Origin: Oligoflexales bacterium
GTDB taxonomy: Bacteria > Bdellovibrionota_B > Oligoflexia > Oligoflexales > CAIYRB01
Direction of reading: 5' to 3'
DNA: 36,543 nt
Assembly: GCA_041736175.1 (NCBI GenBank)
Contig: JBGSUI010000180.1
Coordinates: 1 to 36,543 of the forward strand
The translations under genes were made by a program, and so were the position numbers. Shown here one piece after another: positions 1 through 8,318 of the stretch (its first letter is position 1; the number at the start of each line of letters is the position of its first letter). The notes under the pieces were generated by a model. The model did no database searches. It was not told the origin of the DNA and saw only the letters and a list, made by a program, of their open reading frames with translations.

Positions 1-141
1 GATAATTGGCAAATAATACAATAAAAATCGATAGGTATTCTGCCCTTAAAAAGACCCTTATTTTATGCTAGCGGAGGATTTGTAGTGGATTTTATCAAAA
101 GATATCATTGGTTTAAATAATTTTAAAGTGGAAACTCCTGC

Positions 142-786
142 TATAGTCGACTTTCCTCTGCTAAATCCTCCTATACTAAATCGGCCCTCGATATTCTCGA
201 CGGGGTTTTTCTGATCCAAAAGGTCCTCTATACGAGTGCATCTGGTTTACCCTTAAAACAGACCGAAGACCCGGCTGTGTTTAAGGCTTATTTTTTAGAC
301 GTTGGACTCTATAATTGTATGCTCGATGTCAGGTGGAAGGATCTCGTCGGCCTAGATTATGACCATCTCCTATCAAAAGGCGCCATGGCCGAGCAGTTTA
401 TCGCCCAGCACCTTTATCTGGGAGCAGGTAAAAACACTCGAAATAGGGTCCATTACTGGCTAAGAGAAAAATCAGCCGATAATGCCGAAGTGGACTTTGT
501 TCGCAACGATCACAATAAAATATTGCCTATTGAAGTCAAAGCCGGGAAGTCCGGTCGTATCAAATCCTTGATTAAATTTATGGAAGAAAAAAAATCACAT
601 GTTACCGAAGCAGTCCGATTTGACTTGGCCTATCGCGACCACTTATGCGAGGTTGTAAGCTACGAGTTTCCGGAGGGAGCACGCCCCGATAAACTGTCCT
701 TTACCCTCCACAATCTGCCGCTCTTCTGGATCGAATCCCTGGAAAGTGGGTTTTTAGAAGTTTTAGACCTAAACACCTGGGACTAA
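142..786 (+). pseudogene. 5'-truncated AAA_14/DUF4143 ATPase (C-terminal half only)
   Basis: ORF 277..786 has K.YFLDVGL, AEQFIAQ, HYW.RE...AEVDF and PIEVKAGKSG, typical DUF4143 C-terminal motifs. The same frame continues upstream (YSRLSSAKSSYTKSALDILDGVFLIQKVLYTSASGLPL) to a TAA at 124-126 with no Walker A/B domain. Confidence 0.75.
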
Positions 787-792
787 AGAGCC

Positions 793-864
793 TTAAAAGG
801 AGTGGGCAAGATTTGCATAGTGGTCTCTGGCAAAGGTCTTGAGGGACGCGGTTTTTCCTACCTG
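793..864 (-). pseudogene. Short remnant of the Walker A region of an AAA_14/DUF4143 ATPase
   Basis: The minus strand reads QVGKTASLKTFARDHYANLAHSF*, matching the family N-terminus pattern (GARQVGKT...FA...Y.N...). No start codon. Confidence 0.5.
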
Positions 865-865
865 G

Positions 866-894
866 TTGATTTTTGGAACTCTTTGGGATATTCT
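866..894 (+). promoter_or_regulatory. Putative sigma70 promoter of the hipA-HTH operon
   Basis: TTGATT (866-871), 17 nt spacer, TATTCT (889-894), about 30 nt before the hipA start. Confidence 0.45.
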
Positions 895-911
895 ATCCAT
901 AATAGTGGGTA
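894..911. promoter_or_regulatory. HipB-type operator (TATCC-N8-GGGTA)
   Basis: One mismatch from the E. coli HipB operator consensus TATCC-N8-GGATA; overlaps the predicted -10/+1 of hipA. Confidence 0.55.
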
Positions 912-924
912 GATAAGGTGGTTG

Positions 925-2220
925 ATGGATAAAAAATCAATTCTTAATTTAGAGATACATGATGGTTTCCAATGGCGCCGCCTTGGCTTTGTAACGCTTT
1001 TAGAAAATGAATCTCTCGGATTAAATGCTAAGACCGAGTTTGTATTTGACTTCGATCATGCTGAACGTTTTGTGGAGCGTAGCGATTTATTTGCACCAAG
1101 CTGTCTGGTCCCGGTTAGCTTCGAGCCTAAAACCTTTGATGGTTGGCCGCCTTTCCTGCTGGATTTGTTTCCGCAAGGTGCAGCTTTAAAATATGTCGTA
1201 GACCATTATCGGATTGCAGATCGTCCTGAAAACTATTGGCGTATCCTTAAAAAAGCGCGGTTAAATCCCCCTGGCAACGTTCGTGTGGTTGTAGAGGATG
1301 AGGAATCCCCCAAAGAAAATTCCCCTGATGCTCACATGGGATTTAGTCGTTCGGAAGTCGTTGATAAGGGGCCGAATTTTCTAGAACATATGGTTCGCTG
1401 TGGGGCACCTGTCACCGGGACAACCGGAGCGGGAGGGGCGGCACCAAAATTTTTGTTGCGAGAAGACTATAGTGGGCGATTCCATGCTGACGGAGCTTTA
1501 AGCGATGAAAAAACAAAATCCCCATGGCTGGTGAAATTTCCCCGTGGACGTAGTTTAGATGATCGGGATATTTTACGTTCAGAAAAAATTCTTATGGAGA
1601 TAGCTTCTGAACTTGGTTTTACCAGTCCAAAATCGGTCAGTTGGGAAAATAACTGTCTATTTGTTTCTCGTTTTGATCGTCTTATAGGAGACAAGACCGT
1701 CGTCTACCTGGGTCTTGAGAGTTTTTATTCTCTGGTAGGTCATTGTGATTTTGGAAGTCGCCTGCAACATGAGACTTACCTGAGGGCTTTAGCTAGATTT
1801 GGTACGGAGCCTAAGCGCGACTGTATTGAATATGTATTGCGAGATTTTTTCAACGTCATGGTCGGAAATACTGACAATCATGGCCGGAATTCTTCAGTTT
1901 TAAAGGGAGATGGATGGGTACGCCTGGCACCAATCTACGATATTGCTCCTATGAAATTTGATCCTGAAGGGCTTGTGCGCAGTACCCGTTGGGGGGACGA
2001 AGGAAATATTGGCGCCATTTCCAAACTGCTCCATGAGGTGGTACCGATGGATGTTGGTGAGTTTAAATCTCATCTAAATATTTTCTATGACAAGGTAACC
2101 CGTTTAGTTCCACGGATGAAGGAACTGGGTCTGCCCGATCGGTACATTAATGGAACAAGCTCCGATCGTCAGTTTATGCAAGAATGTATTGGCTCCTATT
2201 TAGGTAAAACACATGTCTGA
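925..2220 (+). CDS. hipA: HipA-family Ser/Thr kinase toxin (N-terminal coupling domain plus kinase)
   Basis: PPFLLDLFPQG N-domain motif, Gly-rich loop TGAGGAAPK, WLVKFP, SRFDR, catalytic GNTDNHGRN and LAPIYD. SD AAGGT before ATG 925 (TTG 922 is an alternative start). Confidence 0.92.
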   Translation: MDKKSILNLEIHDGFQWRRLGFVTLLENESLGLNAKTEFVFDFDHAERFVERSDLFAPSCLVPVSFEPKTFDGWPPFLLDLFPQGAALKYVVDHYRIADRPENYWRILKKARLNPPGNVRVVVEDEESPKENSPDAHMGFSRSEVVDKGPNFLEHMVRCGAPVTGTTGAGGAAPKFLLREDYSGRFHADGALSDEKTKSPWLVKFPRGRSLDDRDILRSEKILMEIASELGFTSPKSVSWENNCLFVSRFDRLIGDKTVVYLGLESFYSLVGHCDFGSRLQHETYLRALARFGTEPKRDCIEYVLRDFFNVMVGNTDNHGRNSSVLKGDGWVRLAPIYDIAPMKFDPEGLVRSTRWGDEGNIGAISKLLHEVVPMDVGEFKSHLNIFYDKVTRLVPRMKELGLPDRYINGTSSDRQFMQECIGSYLGKTHV

Positions 2221-2518
2221 CAAACGAGCTGAGAGTCCTCAGAAAAAAAATCGACCTAAAGCAGATAGAGAAGAGCTAAGACGCGAGTTTTATGCCGCTG
2301 TAGATAGTGGTAGCCTCGATTTAAGAGATACGGTTCGCAAATTTCGGTTTATGTTAAAGATGAATCAACACCAGTTTGCTAAATTTGTCGGTCTGTCGCC
2401 ACGTATCTTAATCGCCTTTGAGCAAGGGCATGGCAACCCAACTTTGACGACGTTAGCTAAGATGTTAAAAGGTTCAGGGCTCGAACTCAGGATCACCCGC
2501 AAAACCCGCCCAAAATAA
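2213..2518 (+). CDS. XRE/HipB-like HTH protein, likely cognate antitoxin
   Basis: MNQHQFAKFVGLSPRILIAFEQGHGNPTLTTL is a cro/C1-type HTH; 8-nt overlap (ATGTCTGA) with hipA. Confidence 0.88.
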   Translation: MSDKRAESPQKKNRPKADREELRREFYAAVDSGSLDLRDTVRKFRFMLKMNQHQFAKFVGLSPRILIAFEQGHGNPTLTTLAKMLKGSGLELRITRKTRPK

Positions 2519-2520
2519 TC

Positions 2521-2581
2521 AATCCACTTTAGTGGATTTAAAATCAAAAAAATTTAAATAATGAGAACACTAAAGTGGATA
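2521..2581. promoter_or_regulatory. Pair of HipB-like operator palindromes downstream of the HTH gene
   Basis: AATCC-ACTTTAGT-GGATT (2521-2538, 8-bp perfect arms) and an inverted degenerate copy AGAAC-ACTAAAGT-GGATA (2564-2581). Confidence 0.5.
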
Positions 2582-2771
2582 CATAGGGTGATGTGATCCC
2601 GCTCATCTAACCTCTATAATCGTCTCTATACCAAGGACCTAGGATCGCCTGGATTGTAAATTGCCAGCAGAGGGCCTTCATAGTATGACTTTGCCTAGGG
2701 CTTCCACAAGGACGACCATCCCACACCCACTTGCAAACAACAGCACCCTAAGGTGCTCCCAACGGATCTGA

Positions 2772-4316
2772 GTGACCACCATGAGCCAAAAGCCAGCGAC
2801 CCCTAAAGATCACAAGACTGCCATCACACCCACCCGCGCCGAAGACTATCCTGAATGGTACCTCCAGGTGATCAAAGCGGCCGATCTAGCGGAAAACTCT
2901 CCGGTCAGGGGCTGCATGGTGATCAAGCCCTGGGGCTACGGTCTATGGGAATCCATCCAAGGGGTGCTCGACCGCAGGTTTAAAGAGACAGGCCACTCAA
3001 ACGCCTATTTTCCCCTCTTGATCCCCCTGTCGTTTATGCAAAAAGAAGCAGAGCATGTGGAGGGGTTTGCCAAAGAGTGTGCGGTGGTCACCCACCACCG
3101 TCTGGAAACCAAAGATGGAGTCCTGGTCCCTGCTGGCCCTCTCGAAGAGCCCATGATCATCAGACCGACCAGCGAAATGATCATCGGGGCGATGTATGCC
3201 AAGTGGGTCCAGTCCTACCGGGATCTGCCGATTCTTATTAACCAATGGGCTAACGTCTTTAGATGGGAGATGCGGACCCGGCTGTTTTTGCGCACGGCCG
3301 AGTTTCTCTGGCAGGAGGGCCATACCTGCCATGCCACCGCCGCCGAGGCCGAGGAAGAGACCCTTAAGATGCTCGATGTCTACGGGGATTTTGCCGAAAA
3401 CTATCTGGCGATCCCAGTCATCAAAGGCGAAAAACCAGTCCACGAGCGGTTTCCCGGTGCCGTCAACACCTATGCCATCGAGGCGATGATGCAAGATCGC
3501 AAGGCCCTGCAAGCAGGGACCTCCCACTTTTTGGGCCAAAACTTTGCCAAAGCCGCGGGGATCCAGTTTCTCGACGCCGAGGGCCAACAGCAGACTGCAT
3601 GGACCACCTCCTGGGGGGTTTCGACCCGACTGATCGGCGGCCTGATCATGACCCACGCCGATGATGATGGGCTGGTGATTCCGCCAAAGATTGCCCAAAC
3701 CCACGGGGTGATCTGCCCCATCTACCGCAACGAGGACGAGCGACGCTTGGTGCTGGATTATTGTAAGAGCCTCCAAAAAGAGCTCAATACCCAGTTTTTC
3801 GGCGATGGACGCATCAACATCACCATCGACGACCGGGATATTCGGGGTGGAGAGAAATCCTGGAATTGGATCAAGAAAGGAGTGCCCCTCAGACTCGAAA
3901 TAGGTCCCCGGGACGTGGCCTCCCAGGCCGTCTTTTTGGGACGCCGGGACCGGTCTCCCAAGGACAAGATCAGTCTAGGGCGTGATGCCATGGTCGCCAC
4001 CTGCAGCACGATCCTGGGCGAAATCCAGCAGGGTCTCTTTGACAAAGCTGCCAAACACCTCAAAGAAAACACCGTGACCATTGACAATCTTGCTGATTTT
4101 GTCGAGTATTTCACCCCCAAAAATCCGACCAAGCCCGAAATCCATGGTGGGTTTGCCTTAAGCCATTTTAACCCCACCCCCGAGGTGCTCGAACGGCTCA
4201 AAGAGCTTAAGGTAACCACCCGCTGTATACCGCTGGACGGGCCTGAGGAGACCGGGAAGTGCATCTTTTCGGGCCAACCCAGCACTAAGCGAATGCTGTT
4301 TGCAAAGGCTTACTAA
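2772..4316 (+). CDS. proS: Proline--tRNA ligase, archaeal/eukaryotic-like type
   Basis: EWY..VI..ADL, VRGCMVIKPWGY, IRPTSE, RWEMRTRLFLRTAEFLWQEGHT, ALQAGTSHFLGQNFAKA, TSWGVSTRLIG and C-terminal FAKAY. Start is GTG 2772 or ATG 2781. Confidence 0.98.
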   Translation: MTTMSQKPATPKDHKTAITPTRAEDYPEWYLQVIKAADLAENSPVRGCMVIKPWGYGLWESIQGVLDRRFKETGHSNAYFPLLIPLSFMQKEAEHVEGFAKECAVVTHHRLETKDGVLVPAGPLEEPMIIRPTSEMIIGAMYAKWVQSYRDLPILINQWANVFRWEMRTRLFLRTAEFLWQEGHTCHATAAEAEEETLKMLDVYGDFAENYLAIPVIKGEKPVHERFPGAVNTYAIEAMMQDRKALQAGTSHFLGQNFAKAAGIQFLDAEGQQQTAWTTSWGVSTRLIGGLIMTHADDDGLVIPPKIAQTHGVICPIYRNEDERRLVLDYCKSLQKELNTQFFGDGRINITIDDRDIRGGEKSWNWIKKGVPLRLEIGPRDVASQAVFLGRRDRSPKDKISLGRDAMVATCSTILGEIQQGLFDKAAKHLKENTVTIDNLADFVEYFTPKNPTKPEIHGGFALSHFNPTPEVLERLKELKVTTRCIPLDGPEETGKCIFSGQPSTKRMLFAKAY

Positions 4317-4396
4317 GGGGCGCCTCGGCTTTTGGAGACAGGCCGGTTGAAATGGTTTATCATTTTTAAACCATTCACATTTTAGGAGCCGAGCCC

Positions 4397-5383
4397 ATGT
4401 ACCAAGAACTGCGAACTTTTGGACCTGCCAGAAAACATCTCCCCTTTGTCTTCTCGATCCTTGCCGGAGTCATGCCGGCGGCCTGCAAGACGAGCAGCTC
4501 GGAAAGCTTGGCCCAAGGGGATCAGTTCCAAAGCACGGGTTCGAACCCAGCTGAGCGTTGCGCAGCTCCGAGCAACGCACCGTTCCCTTCTGGTCGAAGC
4601 CCAGGACCTACCTGCTCCGAGATTGTGGCGAAATATCCAAAAGTGGCTGATGCCAACCATCCAGAAGACAAAAAAGTGATGTGCCCTTTTCTGCGGATTC
4701 TAAAACGCACGGGACTTTTAGACCAAGAGATATCTAATAATCTCGGATCATCCTGGGCTAAGGACTCGGTGGCACCCGTGGGGGTCATTAAAATATCCCA
4801 AACCGTCCCCGAAATCGGGTGCCAAGGTCGAGCCTGTGCTGCCGTCGCCGAACAAGTGGCTATGAGCCAAAACAAAGGCTGGCCAGCGTTGACGGTGGAT
4901 ATTGGTAAGCTTTTTGCGGCACCACCTCGGGAAACTTATACCAACCCAAAACAGCAGCGTGGCTCCCACGACTGTGGCTACACCTTTCAATTTGGTGATT
5001 CAGCGGTCAACCCCCAGGTCCGCACGGCGACCCTTGAGCGGTTTAACGCCTTAGCCGCCGAAAATGGAGGTAAGGTCAAACTCGAGCATTTGGTCCAAGT
5101 CAAAAAAGAAATGTGCAAACGGGACTTTGGCCTCTATAAGATTAGTAAATTGATCGCCTTTAGCCCGGTTGACGAAAAAAACGCGACCCTTCTGCCCGAC
5201 ATCCGCGATCATATCGAAGTGGCACTCATCTGGGCTTACCTCGGAGGGATGGAGCGGGGCTGGTTTACGGTTGCTGATCTCTATCACTTTTTCCACGGTA
5301 CTATCCCACCCAACAAAACAAAGTTTTTCCTTGACCTCAAACTCCTTGAGGACTCCAAGGCGGCCCATAAGAATATGTGGTAG
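4397..5383 (+). CDS. Lipoprotein resembling heme-thiolate peroxidases (chloroperoxidase/UPO, Peroxidase_2 fold)
   Basis: SD AGGAG; signal peptide ending PAAC. Collinear motifs P.D....CPFL..L...GLL, SHD, EVAL...LG and HFF....P. The CDS itself is well supported; the function is inferred. Confidence 0.6.
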   Translation: MYQELRTFGPARKHLPFVFSILAGVMPAACKTSSSESLAQGDQFQSTGSNPAERCAAPSNAPFPSGRSPGPTCSEIVAKYPKVADANHPEDKKVMCPFLRILKRTGLLDQEISNNLGSSWAKDSVAPVGVIKISQTVPEIGCQGRACAAVAEQVAMSQNKGWPALTVDIGKLFAAPPRETYTNPKQQRGSHDCGYTFQFGDSAVNPQVRTATLERFNALAAENGGKVKLEHLVQVKKEMCKRDFGLYKISKLIAFSPVDEKNATLLPDIRDHIEVALIWAYLGGMERGWFTVADLYHFFHGTIPPNKTKFFLDLKLLEDSKAAHKNMW

Positions 5384-5587
5384 CAAGGGGAACCCTTCAG
5401 CAGGGTCCGGCTTAAATTGATGGTTCTAAGATTTGTTACTGCACGGTGAATGCCTGGCGACCAATGACCTCGTAGGCTAACTCACTAAATTTTGTAGTTT
5501 CTATCAAAACACAATATTTTTTTATTTGCTTGTACTCTCTCCGAGATCTAGTGCTTGTATGACGCGATAGCAATCGATAACCAAAAT

Positions 5588-6907
5588 CTACGGTGCAACA
5601 ACTGTGCTTATTTCTTTCGTCGTAAGATTGCCGCCTGAGTCGCTGACCATGATTTTTACGATTAGGTTACCGGGTTTTAATGTCGCAATAGGGATATTGT
5701 CTGAAAAGGTCGCTGCGGTTCCAGTCAATTCCCTACCAGCTACCACCGTATCGTGTTGGTTTTCGTAGATGACGACTGAGTGTAGGCTCCTATCGTCCAG
5801 GGCTGAAACGCTTACTTTCAGTGTCGTGTCTCCAGCCTTTAAGCTATCTAGGCTGGCATCGATGGTTGGCGGCAAGTGATCGTCAAGGTCTAGATTCGAA
5901 CCCAGGTAGCGAGATGACAAAAGAAGCCGAGCATTATCTGGAGAAAAGCCGACGCGATCTTCCTGTTTGGTGTCCGCCTTATAGTTAACGCGCAGATTAC
6001 GGAAGCCGTTGGCCATGATGTCTAACGAGTCACGCCTGAGTTCGTGACTCAATCCAAAGGCATGCCCTAGTTCGTGAGCAACAGCCCCAAAGCCATCTTC
6101 GATAAATTCAAAGCGAGGCGAATTGGGTTGTCCACTTCCAAGCGCTGTCCTACCAGCAACGGGTGTGACGTCAAAGAACCTCGCCTTTTGCTCGTCAAAA
6201 CTTGTCGCACAAAACTCATCGCGTAAGATCCACGCAGAAAAAAGACCAATCCCACCTTTCGTGGAAAAACGCAGTCCCAAAGCCACCCCGCCATTGAATT
6301 CAATTGGGGCACTACCGTCCGGATCATAGGTCTCGGCGAAAATGATGATGACATTGCTTTGTGGGGTGCCTACTTCGACTGGGATTTCTTCGATGATTTT
6401 TGACCATTGAATGAGCGAATCATAATTTGGTGCACCATTGTATACGGCAGCCTCGCTCTTCCCGCGCAGCAGGTGCACCACTGGATCGTTTCCAATCAAC
6501 TGGAACTTAAGCCCTTCTGTGGTATAGCCCTTCGATATTAAATCTGTCTTGTACAAGTCGGAGACAAACTGTAAGAGAACCTTAATTTTTTTCTCGTAAT
6601 TAGAAGTTGGTTGGCGATCAGCAGGTACAAAATAGGCAACGCGAATCTGAGAATCGAGCTTCGAATGGCTCGAATCGTCGACTACAGTACCTTCAGGAGC
6701 ACCAGGATCCTTTGCATCGTTAGATGCGCCATCAGATTTTTGTTTACTGCAAGCAAGGATGCCAAACACCCACGCACTTATTACATAGGCACATAGATGC
6801 AGACTATTTGGTGACCATCTCATTTCCCTGCTATCGGCCTTTGCCAGAATAACTTGAGACTCAAGGTGCCTACTTGGCGTAAAATGAGCGAAGCTGTCAC
6901 CTGACAT
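5588..6907 (-). CDS. Secreted zinc metalloprotease (metzincin) lipoprotein with C-terminal Ig-like beta domain
   Basis: HELGHAFGLSH zinc motif followed by Met-turn DIMANG; lipobox ILAC. The true start is probably ATG 6823. Confidence 0.8.
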   Translation of the reverse strand: MSGDSFAHFTPSRHLESQVILAKADSREMRWSPNSLHLCAYVISAWVFGILACSKQKSDGASNDAKDPGAPEGTVVDDSSHSKLDSQIRVAYFVPADRQPTSNYEKKIKVLLQFVSDLYKTDLISKGYTTEGLKFQLIGNDPVVHLLRGKSEAAVYNGAPNYDSLIQWSKIIEEIPVEVGTPQSNVIIIFAETYDPDGSAPIEFNGGVALGLRFSTKGGIGLFSAWILRDEFCATSFDEQKARFFDVTPVAGRTALGSGQPNSPRFEFIEDGFGAVAHELGHAFGLSHELRRDSLDIMANGFRNLRVNYKADTKQEDRVGFSPDNARLLLSSRYLGSNLDLDDHLPPTIDASLDSLKAGDTTLKVSVSALDDRSLHSVVIYENQHDTVVAGRELTGTAATFSDNIPIATLKPGNLIVKIMVSDSGGNLTTKEISTVVAP

Positions 6908-7009
6908 TTCCGAGGCTTTTCTCTAAAAAACTTCTGGCTGTTTTGCGCAATTTCCCTATACTAGGGACTGTGTCACGGAATTTCATGGAATTTGGTGGGG
7001 TTCTCCCTT

Positions 7010-8155
7010 ATGTACAAAAGATATCTTGAACTATCTAATATTATTAAAAAAAAGAGCATTTTCTTACTTGGGCCACGGCAAACAGGAAAGAGTACGTTGT
7101 TGCGCTCTCAATTTCCCGAGGCTCGCTATGTAGACCTTTTAGAAGCCGATACGTTTCGCGAACTAAGCGGGCATCCGGAGACTCTACGTCAAAGACTCCA
7201 GCCACAAGAACGCTTGGTCATCATCGATGAAATTCAGAAGCTGCCCTCATTGCTTGATGAAGTTCAACTCCTCATTGACCGCAATAAGGATCTTCGCTTT
7301 ATTTTAACGGGAAGCAGCGCACGCAAGCTCAAGCGGGGAGCCGCAAATCTTTTAGGTGGGCGGGCCTATTTTATCAATTTCCACCCGCTCACGAGCATTG
7401 AACTTGGAGGAGGGGGGAGTCGAATCATTGATCGCTGCAATTTTGGCAGTCTCCCAGCCATCATTGATGCTGATCGTCCGAAACGGGATTTGGATTCATA
7501 TGTCGGCATTTACCTCAAAGAAGAGATTCAAGCGGAGGCGCTGACTCGATCCATTGAGAACTTTGCCCGCGTCTTAAATTTTTCTTCACATCTCAATGCT
7601 GAACAAATCAACTATACGAAAATTGGAAATGATGCGGGAGTTCCGCCGCGAACTGTGCGCGACTATTTTCAAATATTTTCGGATACCTTAGTTGCTCATA
7701 TCCTTCCGCCTTTTGAAAAAACCTCTAAACGAAAGGCAGTTGCAACGGAAAAGTTCTATTTTTTTGATCTTGGTGTTGCACGAAGTCTGGCTCGATTAGG
7801 AGAAGTGGCAGAAGGGACTCCTGATTTTGGTAAAGCACTTGAGCATCTTATATTGCTCGAATTGCTCGCCTATAGAGATTATAACTTGAAGGACGTGTCC
7901 ATCCATTACTGGCGAAGCCAGTCGCAGTTTGAAGTTGATTTTCTTGTCAATGAATCCATCGCCATCGAAGTGAAGGCGAGTGCCCGGGTTGCGACCCAAG
8001 ATTTAAAAGGTTTAAAAGCACTGGAAGAGGATTTGCCATTGCATCGAAAAATTGTAGTGTGTGGGGAAAGCGAAAAGCGCGTCGTCGATAAGGTTGAGAT
8101 CATACCTTATGCTCAGTTTCTAACAGAACTCTGGGATCATCTTATTGTCTCTTAA
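7010..8155 (+). CDS. AAA_14/DUF4143 family ATP-binding protein
   Basis: Walker A GPRQTGKST, Walker B VIIDEIQK, LTGSSARKL, KFYFFDLGV, YWR...EVDF and AIEVK. ATG 7010 (MYKRYL) preferred over TTG 6992. Confidence 0.92.
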   Translation: MYKRYLELSNIIKKKSIFLLGPRQTGKSTLLRSQFPEARYVDLLEADTFRELSGHPETLRQRLQPQERLVIIDEIQKLPSLLDEVQLLIDRNKDLRFILTGSSARKLKRGAANLLGGRAYFINFHPLTSIELGGGGSRIIDRCNFGSLPAIIDADRPKRDLDSYVGIYLKEEIQAEALTRSIENFARVLNFSSHLNAEQINYTKIGNDAGVPPRTVRDYFQIFSDTLVAHILPPFEKTSKRKAVATEKFYFFDLGVARSLARLGEVAEGTPDFGKALEHLILLELLAYRDYNLKDVSIHYWRSQSQFEVDFLVNESIAIEVKASARVATQDLKGLKALEEDLPLHRKIVVCGESEKRVVDKVEIIPYAQFLTELWDHLIVS

Positions 8156-8240
8156 GTGCCCGTTGTTCGTCCCGGGCCCAAACCTCCTAAAGCAATTTAT
8201 AACCCATTGATTAAATAAAACAAAAATCCATAGACGTTGA

Positions 8241-8266
8241 AATATTGAAACTACGGTTTAAATATT
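8241..8266. promoter_or_regulatory. Imperfect inverted repeat upstream of AAA ATPase gene
   Basis: AATATTGAAAC-TACG-GTTTAAATATT, 10 of 11 arm positions complementary. Confidence 0.4.
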
Positions 8267-8318
8267 CTGCTAAATAACATATACTGAAGTTACATTGTTG
8301 CCGATAAGGTTATATAAC

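Noticed and set aside
1..45. Similarity to 8207-8235 (AAATAA.ACAA..AAATC.ATAG)
   Set aside because: Low-complexity AT-rich sequence needing gaps; cannot be told from chance by eye.
2997..4285. Long antisense ORFs over proS (and similar ones over addA, addB and the ABC genes)
   Set aside because: Shadow ORFs of GC-rich, clearly identified genes; no motifs.
4290..4400. Duplication of the proS 3' end analogous to addA
   Set aside because: No second copy found by eye within the window.
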